From positions 1 to 55,483 of the forward strand of contig DATNAM010000161.1 of the NCBI GenBank assembly GCA_035572595.1: a stretch of 55,483 nucleotides of DNA, given 5' to 3'. The DNA comes from Gemmatimonadaceae bacterium (lineage in GTDB: Bacteria; Gemmatimonadota; Gemmatimonadetes; Gemmatimonadales; Gemmatimonadaceae). Position 1 is the stretch's first letter. Each line of letters begins with the position of its first letter. Of the stretch, positions 20,041-29,935 are shown piece by piece. The notes below the pieces were generated by a model. That model searched no databases and was not told where the DNA came from. It was given only the letters and a program-made list of their open reading frames with translations. The position numbers and the translations under genes are program-made.

Positions 20041-21405
20041 ATGAGGATGACATCACACATGAGAACCCGATTCTTCCTGGCGGCTGCGCTCGTAACCGCG
20101 ACGGCCGCCTGCAATAACCCGCTCGACGTCAAACCCGCGGGCTCCATTCCCGAGTCGAGCGCCATCACCGATGCCGTCGGCGCGCGCGCCGCGTTGTTCG
20201 GCGCGTACGGCGGCCTCCAAAGCCTGTCGTACTACGGCGAGGACTATCCGATTTTCCTCGACCTGTCGGCCGACAACAGCGAGCACACCGGCACGCTCAC
20301 GTCCTTCGGCGACGCCGACTTGAACGAGCTGCGCGCCGACAACGAAACCATCGCCGGCATCTGGCTCGCGATCTACGATGACATCAACCGGGCGAACGAG
20401 ATCATCGCCAAAGTACCGCAGGTGCCCGATCTCGATCCCGACGAGATGCACGAGATCATCGGCGAAGCGTATTTCCTGCGCGCACTCAACTACCACAACC
20501 TGGTGAAGGTGTTTGGCGGCGTGCCGCTCAGGCTCGCGCCGGCGACGTCGATCAACGATCCCGTGGGATCGACGCGCGCGACGGTCGCGGACACCTATGC
20601 GCAGATCCTCAAGGACCTCGACTCCGCGCAAGCCTTCATCTCGAATCCGGATCAGACCACGCAAGCGTCCCTGGGCGCCGTGATGGCCCTGCGCGCCCGT
20701 GTGCTCCTCTACGAGGGCGATTATCCCGGCGCGTTGCAGGCGGCAAAGGCGGTCGAGGACCTCGGGCAATACTCGCTCGCGCCTAACTTCTCCGATCTCT
20801 TCTCCGAGACGGGAACGCCGACTCCGGAAGACATTTTCCGCATCATCTTCACGGCGCAGCAGTTCAACAACTTGTCATTCTATTACCTGTTCGATGGCCG
20901 GTACGAGGTCGCGCCAACGACTGACCTCATGCACGACTTCGATCCCTCGTTCGATCCCGAGGGCGACGTGGCTAATTACGCGCCGACGGACAAGCGGGGA
21001 CAGTGGACGATCACTGTCGAAGACGACAACCCGCAGGGTGCCAAGTTCCGCTCGGTGCAGGGCACCGAATTTCCGCACGTGATCCGCTTCGGCGAAGTGC
21101 TCTTGATTCGCGCCGAGGCCGAAGCGCGGGTGGGAAGCTTGGACAGCGCGCGGGTGAAGGTGAATGAGATTCGCGCGCGAGCGGGACTCGCACCGATCGG
21201 ATCGCTGTCGCAAACCGACATGATCAACACGATCATCGATGAACGTCGCAAGGAGTTGGCGTTCGAAGGCGATCGCTGGCCGGACCTCGTACGGCTCGGG
21301 TTGGCGACGACCGTGCTCGGAATCCCGGCGCAACAAGCGCTGTATCCGATTCCGCAGCGCGAGATCGATGTGACTCCCGGGTTGACGCAGAATCCTGGGT
21401 ACTAG
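20041..21405 (+). CDS. SusD/RagB family nutrient-binding outer membrane lipoprotein
   Basis: Has a lipobox (LVTATAAC) and the SusD-like segments YFLRALNYHNLVKVFGGVPL and ERRKELAFEGDRWPDLVRL. It lies immediately downstream of the SusC-like gene. Confidence 0.9.
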   Translation: MRMTSHMRTRFFLAAALVTATAACNNPLDVKPAGSIPESSAITDAVGARAALFGAYGGLQSLSYYGEDYPIFLDLSADNSEHTGTLTSFGDADLNELRADNETIAGIWLAIYDDINRANEIIAKVPQVPDLDPDEMHEIIGEAYFLRALNYHNLVKVFGGVPLRLAPATSINDPVGSTRATVADTYAQILKDLDSAQAFISNPDQTTQASLGAVMALRARVLLYEGDYPGALQAAKAVEDLGQYSLAPNFSDLFSETGTPTPEDIFRIIFTAQQFNNLSFYYLFDGRYEVAPTTDLMHDFDPSFDPEGDVANYAPTDKRGQWTITVEDDNPQGAKFRSVQGTEFPHVIRFGEVLLIRAEAEARVGSLDSARVKVNEIRARAGLAPIGSLSQTDMINTIIDERRKELAFEGDRWPDLVRLGLATTVLGIPAQQALYPIPQREIDVTPGLTQNPGY

Positions 21406-21433
21406 ACGAACCGTAGTGGGTTGTGCGACGGTG

Positions 21434-21469
21434 CGGCCGGCAGTGGCGAAGCCAAGCCTCTGCCGGCCG
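21434..21469 (+). terminator. GC-rich hairpin after the SusD-like gene (possible terminator)
   Basis: A 10-bp perfect stem CGGCCGGCAG / CTGCCGGCCG closes a 16-nt loop. There is no clear T-tract. Confidence 0.35.
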
Positions 21470-21548
21470 TGTCGCATAAACCATTCTGCGCGTGCGAGTG
21501 TCTCATGCCACAGCGCGCGGGACGGACCGCGTCTCACCGGGATCTGCC

Positions 21549-24044
21549 ATGCGAAACATCAAGCTCGCCCTCCGGACACTTCTCAGGTCGCCGTTCGTGA
21601 CCTGCGTTGCCGTGTTGTCGCTCGCACTCGGGATCGGGGCGAACGCCGCGATCTATTCGATGTTCGATCAGATGCTGCTTCGGCCGCTGCCGGTACGCGA
21701 CCCGCAGCAACTGGTCGACCTCGGCATGCAGGGCCCCGCGCCCGGCTCGAACTCGTGCGACCAGTCGGGCGACTGCGACGTCGTGTTCAGCTATCCGATG
21801 TTCCGCGATCTCGAGAAGGCCCATCCCGGATTCAGCGGGGTAGTCGGATTCCGCCTGTTCGGGGTGAACATCGCGTATCACCGACAGACGTTGAGCGGCA
21901 ACGGCATGCTGGTGTCGGGGTCGTACTTCCCCACGTTAGGCCTGAATCCGGCGCTCGGCCGCCTGTTCAACGCGGACGATGATCGCACGCTCGACCAGAA
22001 CTACATCGCCGTTCTGAGCCACCGCTACTGGGCCAATGACCTCGGGTCCGATCCGCACGTGGTCGGCCAGCAGATCGTGGTCAACGGGAAGTCGTTCACG
22101 ATCATCGGCGTGGCGCCCGAGGGATTCGAGGGGACGACGCTCGGCACCGAGCCAATGGTGTTCGTGCCGATCACCATGCGCATGGAGATGATGCAGGGCT
22201 GGAAGGACGCGATGACGAGTCGCCGCGCGTATTGGGTGTACGTGTTCGCGCGGCTGGCGCCCGGGGTGTCGATGGAGCGCGCGAGGATACTGGCCAACGC
22301 CGTGTTCCATCCGATCATCAACGACGTCGAGGCGCCGCTGCAGAAGGGCATGAGCGACGCGACGATGAAGCGATTCCGCGCCAAGACGCTGACGCTCGAG
22401 GACGGCCGCCGCGGACAGAGCTCGATGCACAAGCAAACGAAGACGCCGCTGACGCTGCTCCTGGCGACTACGGGCATCGTGCTGCTCATTGCCTGCGCGA
22501 ACATCGCGAACCTGCTGCTGGCGCGCGGCGCCGGACGCGCGCTCGAGATGGCCGTGCGGCTCTCGTTAGGCGCGACGCGCTGGCAGTTGCTGCGGCAACT
22601 GCTCACCGAATCGTGCCTGCTGGCGTTGATCGGCGGCGCGGTGAGCCTGCTCGTGGCGTACTGGACCCTGCACCTCATCTCGAGCCTCTTGCCGACGGAC
22701 ACGTCGAGCACGCTGCACTTCGGTCTGCAGGGGTCGGCGATCGCGTTCACGGCCGTGCTGTCGCTCGCCACCGGCCTGTTGTTCGGCATGTTCCCGGCGT
22801 TGCACAGCACGCGGCCCGATCTCGCGTCGACCATTCGCGCCGGCACCGGCAAACACTCGGGCGCACGGTCGGCGGCGCGGTTCCGGTCGTCGTTAGTCAC
22901 GGCGCAAATCGCGCTGTCCATGGCGCTGCTCATCTCGGCGGGCTTATTCGTCAAGAGCTTGCGCAACGTGAGCCAAGTGGACCTCGGCGTGCGCGTCGAC
23001 AGCATGGTGACGTTCCTCATCGAGCCCGAGCTCTCCGGATACGACCACGCGCACTCGCGGCAGCTATTCGCGCGCCTGCACGAACAGTTGGCCGCGCTGC
23101 CGGGCGTGACCAACGTGACCGAAGCGCTGGTGCCGCTGTTGGCGGGCAACAACTGGGGGAATGACGTGTCCGTGGAAGGATTCAAGAAAGGGCCCGATAC
23201 GGATGCGAACTCGCGGTACAACGAAGTAGGGGCCGGCTACTTCAGGGCCGTCGGCGTTCCGTTGCTCAGCGGCCGCGAGTTCACCCCGTCCGACGAGGCC
23301 GGCACGCCCAAGGTGGCGATCGTGAATCAGGCGTTCGCCAAGAAGTTCGGGTTAGGCAACGACGCGGTGGGCAAGCGCATGTCCATGGGCGGCGACACGC
23401 TCGACATGGAAATCGTGGGGCTCATCCGCGACGCGAAGTACAGCGAGGTGAAGCAGGAAATCCCACCCGTGTTTTTCGCGCCGACGCTTCAGGACACGAC
23501 GCTCGGGTTCTCGTACTACTATGTGCGCACGTCGCGCAACACGGAGCAGCTCATCGGCTCCATTCCACGCGTGGTGAAATCGCTCGATCCGAATCTGCCG
23601 GTGGAGCAGCTCAAGACGATGACGCAGCAGGTGCGCGAGAACGTGTTCCTCGACCGGTTGATCAGCACGCTGTCGGCGGCGTTCGCGCTGCTGGCGACGC
23701 TGCTCGCCGCCGTGGGCTTGTACGGCGTACTCGCGTACTCGGTTGCCCAACGGACGCGCGAGATCGGTGTGCGCATGGCGTTGGGCGCCGACGGCGGCCG
23801 GGTACAGCTGATGGTGCTGCGGCAGGTGGCGCTCATGACGCTGATCGGCGGCGTGATCGGCATCGCCGCGGCGCTTGCGTTAGGCAGGGCCGCTCAGTCG
23901 CTGTTGTTCGAGCTCAAGGGACACGACCCGGTGGTGATGGTGGTATCGGCGGCCGTGTTGAGCGTGGTGGCGCTGGGCTCCGGCTACATCCCGGCGGTCC
24001 GCGCGTCGCACATCGACCCGGTGGAAGCGCTGCGCTACGAGTAG
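21549..24044 (+). CDS. ADOP-type duplicated permease (MacB-like periplasmic domain plus two FtsX modules), no ATPase
   Basis: The N-terminus reads MRNIKLALRTLLRSPFVTCVAVLSLALGIGANAAIYSMFDQ. It has two FtsX-type 4-TM halves, and RTREIGVRMALGA is present. The start is ATG 21549. Confidence 0.9.
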   Translation: MRNIKLALRTLLRSPFVTCVAVLSLALGIGANAAIYSMFDQMLLRPLPVRDPQQLVDLGMQGPAPGSNSCDQSGDCDVVFSYPMFRDLEKAHPGFSGVVGFRLFGVNIAYHRQTLSGNGMLVSGSYFPTLGLNPALGRLFNADDDRTLDQNYIAVLSHRYWANDLGSDPHVVGQQIVVNGKSFTIIGVAPEGFEGTTLGTEPMVFVPITMRMEMMQGWKDAMTSRRAYWVYVFARLAPGVSMERARILANAVFHPIINDVEAPLQKGMSDATMKRFRAKTLTLEDGRRGQSSMHKQTKTPLTLLLATTGIVLLIACANIANLLLARGAGRALEMAVRLSLGATRWQLLRQLLTESCLLALIGGAVSLLVAYWTLHLISSLLPTDTSSTLHFGLQGSAIAFTAVLSLATGLLFGMFPALHSTRPDLASTIRAGTGKHSGARSAARFRSSLVTAQIALSMALLISAGLFVKSLRNVSQVDLGVRVDSMVTFLIEPELSGYDHAHSRQLFARLHEQLAALPGVTNVTEALVPLLAGNNWGNDVSVEGFKKGPDTDANSRYNEVGAGYFRAVGVPLLSGREFTPSDEAGTPKVAIVNQAFAKKFGLGNDAVGKRMSMGGDTLDMEIVGLIRDAKYSEVKQEIPPVFFAPTLQDTTLGFSYYYVRTSRNTEQLIGSIPRVVKSLDPNLPVEQLKTMTQQVRENVFLDRLISTLSAAFALLATLLAAVGLYGVLAYSVAQRTREIGVRMALGADGGRVQLMVLRQVALMTLIGGVIGIAAALALGRAAQSLLFELKGHDPVVMVVSAAVLSVVALGSGYIPAVRASHIDPVEALRYE

Positions 24045-24048
24045 CGCG

Positions 24049-24960
24049 TCACTCGTTGGCGGCCGGGCGTCGCATCCACGCCGGCCGCCACGAGAGCTGC
24101 GTCACCACGACGGCGGCGAGCACGATCACCATACCGCCGATGACGCGCGCGTCGATCCGCTCGTGCAACAGTCCCCAGCCGAGCAACACGGCGATCACGG
24201 GATTCACGTACGTGTAGGTGCCGACGAGCGTCGCCGATGCATGGGACAGCGCGTAGTTGTACGCGGTGTAGCCGAGCAGCGAGCCGAACACGATGAGGTA
24301 GGCCAGCGCTCCGGCGCCCGACGCGGTGAGATGAAACTGCGGTCCCTCGCCGAGGGCGAAGCCTAACGCAGTGATCGCGATGCCCGCGGCTACCATCTCC
24401 ACGGCGGCACCCAGGTAGGTGCCCACCTGCGGGTGGCTGTGGCGGTAATAGACGGCGCCGGCCGCCCACAGTAGCGTGCCGCACGTGAGGATGGCCGGTC
24501 CGCGCCAGTCGGCGCGCGCGAGGTCCGCCGGCGTGAACCCCACCAGCACCACCGTCCCCAATAGGCCTAACGCAAGCCCCACGATCACGCGCGCCGAGAG
24601 ACCGCTGGCGCGTCCTCCCGCCACGAACGTCTCGAAGAACGCCGTCCACACCACGGCCATCACCACGAACACGCTCGCCACGCCCGCGGGCGTGAACCGC
24701 TCGGCGACCACCACGCAGGTGTTGCCGGACAACAGCAGGAGTCCGACGATCGCGAGATCACCCCAATCGCGCGGCCTGGCCGGCAGGCGCTGCCCCGCCG
24801 CGAGCGACGCGACCAAGAGAATCACGCCGGCCGTGAGGAATCGCAGTCCGGCGAACAAGACCGGTGGCAGCGTCCGGTCGCCGATTCGGATGGCGATGTA
24901 CGTCGATCCCCACAGCACGCACACGACGAGATACGCAAACAGTACTTTTCCGCGAAGCAC
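24049..24960 (-). CDS. EamA/DMT family transporter
   Basis: Has about 10 TM helices and the segment LWGSTYIAIR. The GTG at 24960 is preceded by GGGAGAG. I rejected the ORF-track extension to 25455 because it runs across the SMUG1 gene. Confidence 0.85.
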   Translation of the reverse strand: MLRGKVLFAYLVVCVLWGSTYIAIRIGDRTLPPVLFAGLRFLTAGVILLVASLAAGQRLPARPRDWGDLAIVGLLLLSGNTCVVVAERFTPAGVASVFVVMAVVWTAFFETFVAGGRASGLSARVIVGLALGLLGTVVLVGFTPADLARADWRGPAILTCGTLLWAAGAVYYRHSHPQVGTYLGAAVEMVAAGIAITALGFALGEGPQFHLTASGAGALAYLIVFGSLLGYTAYNYALSHASATLVGTYTYVNPVIAVLLGWGLLHERIDARVIGGMVIVLAAVVVTQLSWRPAWMRRPAANE

Positions 24961-25081
24961 GACGGCTCTCCCACGAACACGGACTCCGACACAGATTGCG
25001 ACGGACCGCGGGTGCGGTCCCGGAACGAACTGGTAGGCGCGGCGTGCGGCAGGAGCAAGCGCCACTTCCTCAAGATGACAC

Positions 25082-25840
25082 ATGGCCAGTCTCACGACTA
25101 TCGCGCGCGACCTGAGACGCGACACGGCGCGGCTCGAGTTCCGTGCGCCGGTGGCGTACGTGTACCACCCGCTCGAGTACGCGTGGGCGCCGCACGAAGC
25201 GTATCTCGAGCGCTTCGGTACGCTCGCGCCGCGCGAGGCGATGTTCGTGGGCATGAACCCGGGACCCTTCGGCATGGCGCAGACGGGCGTCCCGTTCGGC
25301 GAAGTGTCGATGGTCCGCGACTGGCTCGGCATCGAGGGCAAAGTTAGGCAGCCGCCGCGCGTGCATCCGAGCCGGCCGATCGCCGGATTCGCCTGCACGC
25401 GCAGCGAGGTGAGCGGGCGGCGATTCTGGGGTTGGGCGCGCGACCGCTTCGGCACGCCGGAGCGGTTCTTCGCGCGATTTTTCGTGTGGAACTACTGTCC
25501 GCTCGTGTTCATGGAAGACACCGGACGAAATCGCACGCCCGACAAACTGCCGGCCGCGGAACAGCACGCGTTGTTCGAGGCGTGTGACCGCGCCTTGGCG
25601 CGGTGCATCGACGCGCTCTCGCCTCGTGTGGTCGCCGGCCTGGGACGGTTCGCCGAAGCGCGCGTGCGGCACGTGCTCAGCGCGACCGGCAACGACCGCG
25701 TCACTACGGGTGGGGTCCTGCATCCGAGCCCGGCCAATCCGCGCGCGAACGCGTTTTGGGTGCGCGATGCGGAGCGCGACCTCCGAGCGCTCGGTGTGGA
25801 GATGCCGGCCGATCGTCCGAGTGCGGTCAAATCGGGTTGA
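25082..25840 (+). CDS. Family 3 (SMUG1-type) uracil-DNA glycosylase
   Basis: Motif 1 is GMNPGPFGMAQTGVPFGE and motif 2 is HPSPANPRAN. Both are diagnostic for SMUG1. Confidence 0.88.
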   Translation: MASLTTIARDLRRDTARLEFRAPVAYVYHPLEYAWAPHEAYLERFGTLAPREAMFVGMNPGPFGMAQTGVPFGEVSMVRDWLGIEGKVRQPPRVHPSRPIAGFACTRSEVSGRRFWGWARDRFGTPERFFARFFVWNYCPLVFMEDTGRNRTPDKLPAAEQHALFEACDRALARCIDALSPRVVAGLGRFAEARVRHVLSATGNDRVTTGGVLHPSPANPRANAFWVRDAERDLRALGVEMPADRPSAVKSG

Positions 25841-25888
25841 CATCCGCGAACCGCGCCCCACGTTGGTGGCGACCGCAGAGGAGAACGC

Positions 25889-28351
25889 ATGCCCGCATCC
25901 GATCGTCGCGTGAGCCGCGGCGCCCAGTGGCTGGAGTTTCTGGTCCAAGACGCGCGCTTCGCGTGGCGGTCGGCGCGCGCGTTCCCGCTGTTCACCGTGA
26001 TCGTGGTGCTGACGATTGCGTTAGGCATCGGCGCCAACACGGCGATTTTCAGCGTCGTCGACGCGGTTCTCCTGCGTCCGCTGCCCTTCGCCGACGGCAA
26101 TCGCATCGTGTCCTTGTGGGCCACGAATCCGGACAAGAGCGTGACGCGATTCGGCGTGTCGATGCCGGATTTCCGCGATTGGAAGGCGCGCACGCACTCG
26201 TTCAGCGACATGGCGCTCTATGCCGGCGGTCTCACGAGCATTGCCGGCCGGGAGGGTCCGGAGAGCGCGACGTCCCTGGTGGTGACGCCCAACTTTCTCG
26301 ACGTGTTGGGCGTGCATCCGATCCTCGGCCGTTCGTTCGGGCCCGACGACGCCCGCGGCGAGACGAGCAATTCGGTGCTCATCACGTACGGGTTTTTCCA
26401 GCGGCACTTTGGCGGCAATCGCTCGGCGATCGGCCAACAGCTCTCGATCAACGGCCGTCTCAGGACCGTGATCGGAGTGCTGCCGCCGGAGGCCGAGTTG
26501 ATGGGTCCGGCGTTCGTCGGCGCGCCGTTGGATGTCATCACGGTGGTGGAGTTCACGACGTACGCGAGCATCGAGCGGCACGCGCAGCATCTCTTCGGGT
26601 CGATCGCGCGGCTCAAGCCCGGGGTGACGCTGGACGCGGCGCGCGCCGATCTATACGCCACCGAGGTGCAGGTGGCGAGCGAGAACAAGGAGATCGCGGG
26701 GTGGACCGCGAGCGTGTTCCCGCTGAGCGAAGATCTGTCGTTAGGCACGCGCGGGCCGCTGCTGGTGCTGCTCGGCGCCGCGATGCTGGTGCTGCTGATC
26801 GCGTGCGCGAACGTGGCCAACCTGCTGCTGGTGCGCGGCGCGGCGCGCGGGCGCGAGATCGCGGTGCGCCAGGCGTTGGGCGCGTCGCGTGGCCGCCTCA
26901 TCGCGCAACTGGTGGTGGAGAGCGTGTTGCTGGCGCTGGTGGGCGCGGCGATCGGCGTGGGCATCGCCGGTGCGGCGATGCGCGGATTGCGCGGCGCGAT
27001 TCCGGCGGGAGTGATTCCGCGCAGCGGCGGCTTCGGACTCGACGTCACGGTGATCGCGTTTGCCTTCGCGCTCAGCCTGGGGTCGGCGGTGCTATTCGGG
27101 TTGTGGCCGGCCGTGCGCTCGAGCCTGCCTGCGTTAGGCAAAGCGCTCCGCGATGGCGGCCGCGGCAACAGCGGCGACGTGCGCGCGCACCGGACGCGCC
27201 GGCTCCTGGTGATCGGCGAGCTGTCGCTCACGGTGGTCCTGGCCGTGTGCGCGACGCTCGTGGCGCAGAGCCTCGAGCGCATGATGCAGGTCGATCCCGG
27301 ATTTCGCCCCGAGCACGCGATCACGGCGCAGATCACCCTGGGCTCGGGCTATCCCGATTCCACGGGCATCGCGTTCTACCGCTCGCTCCTCACCGATCTG
27401 GCGGGCCGGCCCGGCATCATCGCCGTCGGCGCCACGGACACACCACCGTTGGTCGGCGGGGGCGTGTTCACGTCCATCCGGCTGGTCGGGCAGCCGCCCC
27501 GTCCGCCTAACGACCCGCTCATGAGCACCATCCGCTTCGTGACGCCGGGATTCTTCCGTGCCATGGGCATGCACATGCTGGCCGGCCGCGACGTCGCATG
27601 GGACGAAGCTGCGCCGACGATGGTGTTGAGTCATGCTGCCGCGCACGCCTTCTGGCCCAACGGGAGCGTGATCGACCAGCAGATCGCGTTCAACACGCAG
27701 CCGACGGGCTTGCAAATCGTGGGCGAGGTGAACGACGCCGCGCAGACGAGCCTCGCCACGCCGCCGGCGCCGGTAGTGTACGTCTCGATGCGGCGATCGG
27801 TGCGGCTGCTGCACACCATGACGCTCGTCGTCCGCGGGCGCGGCGATGCCGCGTCCCTCACGCCGGTGGTGCGCGAAGCGGTGCACGACATCGATCCGTC
27901 GCTCCCGATCTACAATGTCCAGACGCTCCAATCGATCGTCGACCAGTCGGTGGCGCAGCCCAAGTTGAACGGCGCGCTCATGGCAGTGTTCGCGGCGGCG
28001 GCACTGTTGCTGGCTGCGTTAGGCCTGTACGGCGTGATCTCCTACTCGGTCACGCAGCGCCGGCAGGAACTCGGCTTACGCATAGCGTTGGGCGCACAGC
28101 CGGGCGCGGTGCTGCGCCTGGTGCTGCGCGAGGGCGCGATGCTCGCCGCCATCGGCATTGTGGTGGGGGGCGTGGGCGCGTTGTTCGCGGCGCGCCTCAT
28201 CCGCTCGTGGCTGTTCGGCATCGGAACGGCGGATCCGGCATCGTTCGCGGGTGTCGCCGTCGTGCTCGCGACGGTCGCGCTCGCGGCGAGCTACCTGCCG
28301 GCGCGCCGAGCCGCACGCGTGAGTCCGCTCATCGCGATGCGCGGCGACTAA
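25889..28351 (+). CDS. ADOP-type duplicated permease (second copy)
   Basis: Has the same architecture as 21549-24044, with LFTVIVVLTIALGIGANTAIFSVVDA and RRQELGLRIALGA. GAGGAG lies upstream of the ATG. Confidence 0.9.
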   Translation: MPASDRRVSRGAQWLEFLVQDARFAWRSARAFPLFTVIVVLTIALGIGANTAIFSVVDAVLLRPLPFADGNRIVSLWATNPDKSVTRFGVSMPDFRDWKARTHSFSDMALYAGGLTSIAGREGPESATSLVVTPNFLDVLGVHPILGRSFGPDDARGETSNSVLITYGFFQRHFGGNRSAIGQQLSINGRLRTVIGVLPPEAELMGPAFVGAPLDVITVVEFTTYASIERHAQHLFGSIARLKPGVTLDAARADLYATEVQVASENKEIAGWTASVFPLSEDLSLGTRGPLLVLLGAAMLVLLIACANVANLLLVRGAARGREIAVRQALGASRGRLIAQLVVESVLLALVGAAIGVGIAGAAMRGLRGAIPAGVIPRSGGFGLDVTVIAFAFALSLGSAVLFGLWPAVRSSLPALGKALRDGGRGNSGDVRAHRTRRLLVIGELSLTVVLAVCATLVAQSLERMMQVDPGFRPEHAITAQITLGSGYPDSTGIAFYRSLLTDLAGRPGIIAVGATDTPPLVGGGVFTSIRLVGQPPRPPNDPLMSTIRFVTPGFFRAMGMHMLAGRDVAWDEAAPTMVLSHAAAHAFWPNGSVIDQQIAFNTQPTGLQIVGEVNDAAQTSLATPPAPVVYVSMRRSVRLLHTMTLVVRGRGDAASLTPVVREAVHDIDPSLPIYNVQTLQSIVDQSVAQPKLNGALMAVFAAAALLLAALGLYGVISYSVTQRRQELGLRIALGAQPGAVLRLVLREGAMLAAIGIVVGGVGALFAARLIRSWLFGIGTADPASFAGVAVVLATVALAASYLPARRAARVSPLIAMRGD

Positions 28352-29348
28352 CGGAACGCGAGCCGGCCCACCAGCGAAAGGCCGCCGGAATCCCGCGCTC
28401 GGGCGCGACCGCGGGCATCCATCCAAGCTCGCGACGCGCCCGATCCGCACGGAACGGATTGTTCTTGGTGAGCATGTCGAGCGTGCTGCTGCTGCGCCGT
28501 GAAATGGCCCGGCGGCCGGCGATCACCAGCGCCAGCTCGAGCATGCCGAACAGCGCGCGACCGGCCGCGTATGGAATGCGCGGCGCGAACACGCGACGAC
28601 CCAGCCCTTCGGAGCCGAGCCGCACCAGATCGGCCACGGTGATCGGGTAGTCGGCCGTCAGGTTGTACGCGCGCCCCTGTGCGCCTAACGCAGTGGCGGC
28701 CAGGATGGCGCCGCCGGCGACGTTCCTCGCGTGCACCAGCGGCAGCGTCGTGGCTCCGCCACCGATCAATGGGAACACGCCGCGCGACAGCACCGCGCCG
28801 ACGCGCGGCACGAAATGACGATCGCGCTCGCCGTACATTGGCGGCGGCCGCACCACCGCGCACTGCACCACGCCCCGCACGTGCGCGTCGAACACCAGCC
28901 GCTCGGACTCCTGCTTCGAGCGTCCGTACGCGTCGTGTGCCGGGAGCACCGGCAGCGGCGTCGACTCGTCCACCGGCGCCATCTCGTACCGCGACGCCCC
29001 GTACACCGCGGTGCTACTCACGTGTAGCAACCGCGCACCGGTCGCGGCGCACGCGTCGATCATGTGTTGGGTGCCGTCGACGTTCGCCTCGCGAAACGGC
29101 GTCCAATCGGAGCCGGGCCCGACCACCGCGGCGGCGTGAAACACCACGTCGCAGCCGGACGCGGCCGCGCGGACGCTCGTCGCGTCGCGCACGTCGCCGG
29201 CCACGAGCTCCGCGCCTAACGGACCGAGCCACGCGGCGGTGTCCGCACGGCGCACCAGCGCACGGACGGCGCAGCCCGCGCCAGCCAACTCCTCGACGAT
29301 GAAGGCGCCGAGCATGCCCGTCGCGCCCGTCACGAGCGCGCGATGCAT
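28329..29348 (-). CDS. NAD-dependent epimerase/dehydratase (extended SDR)
   Basis: Has the Rossmann motif VTGATGMLG and the catalytic YGRSK. It overlaps the end of the convergent permease gene by 23 bp. Confidence 0.88.
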   Translation of the reverse strand: MHRALVTGATGMLGAFIVEELAGAGCAVRALVRRADTAAWLGPLGAELVAGDVRDATSVRAAASGCDVVFHAAAVVGPGSDWTPFREANVDGTQHMIDACAATGARLLHVSSTAVYGASRYEMAPVDESTPLPVLPAHDAYGRSKQESERLVFDAHVRGVVQCAVVRPPPMYGERDRHFVPRVGAVLSRGVFPLIGGGATTLPLVHARNVAGGAILAATALGAQGRAYNLTADYPITVADLVRLGSEGLGRRVFAPRIPYAAGRALFGMLELALVIAGRRAISRRSSSTLDMLTKNNPFRADRARRELGWMPAVAPERGIPAAFRWWAGSRSVSRRASR

Positions 29349-29447
29349 GGGGAGGTGGGGCGATTCCGACGCTGCTATGGGGTCCGTGCCTGCCTCGAAG
29401 AACCGATGCCGAAGAGCGACAATACTTGTTCGCTCGCGGCGCCGCGG

Positions 29448-29798
29448 TCAAGCTCGGTGGTCCCACACCTCCCGTACGCGATGCGCGGCGCGCGCCCGCA
29501 ATGCCAGCGCCTCGGCGTACGCGCCGTGCGCCGTCTCGATGGTCGCCAGGTTCCGTTTCGTTCGCCGGTGATCGCGCACCGCGAAGAGCACCGCCGGCGC
29601 GCCGAGGGGCACCAGCACCACGGTGCAGCACACGAGCGCACCCGCGACGATGATGCACAGGCACACAATCCGATGCCGGTCGAACGGTGCCGACAGCTCT
29701 TGCTTGGCCGCGTACAGAACGTCCGGGTCGGATGAGCCGGTCGCCCTGAGTCTGCGGATGACGTCCTGCGCGCTCATGTCGGCCGGACCGTGGACCAT
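29448..29798 (-). CDS. Hypothetical membrane protein (116 aa)
   Basis: Has a central hydrophobic segment IVCLCIIVAGALVCCTVVLVPLGAPAVLF. GAGG lies 5 nt upstream of the ATG. Confidence 0.55.
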   Translation of the reverse strand: MVHGPADMSAQDVIRRLRATGSSDPDVLYAAKQELSAPFDRHRIVCLCIIVAGALVCCTVVLVPLGAPAVLFAVRDHRRTKRNLATIETAHGAYAEALALRARAAHRVREVWDHRA

Positions 29799-29935
29799 CC
29801 GGACCTCGAGGATTTGCGTGGTGCGCCCGGTGTCGCTACGCTAGAGTGCCGCCGGACACGCCGTGTAGCCCAGATCGAGCGCCGTTCCGCGCGTCGACTC
29901 CAAAAGCCTTGCGCAGCGCTGTGGAGAATCCCGTC

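Noticed and set aside
24961-25455. N-terminal extension of the EamA transporter ORF (468-aa version).
   Set aside because: The extension runs antisense through the SMUG1 gene and has no TM helices. A GTG at 24960 with a GGGAGAG ribosome-binding site gives a normal ~300-aa EamA protein.
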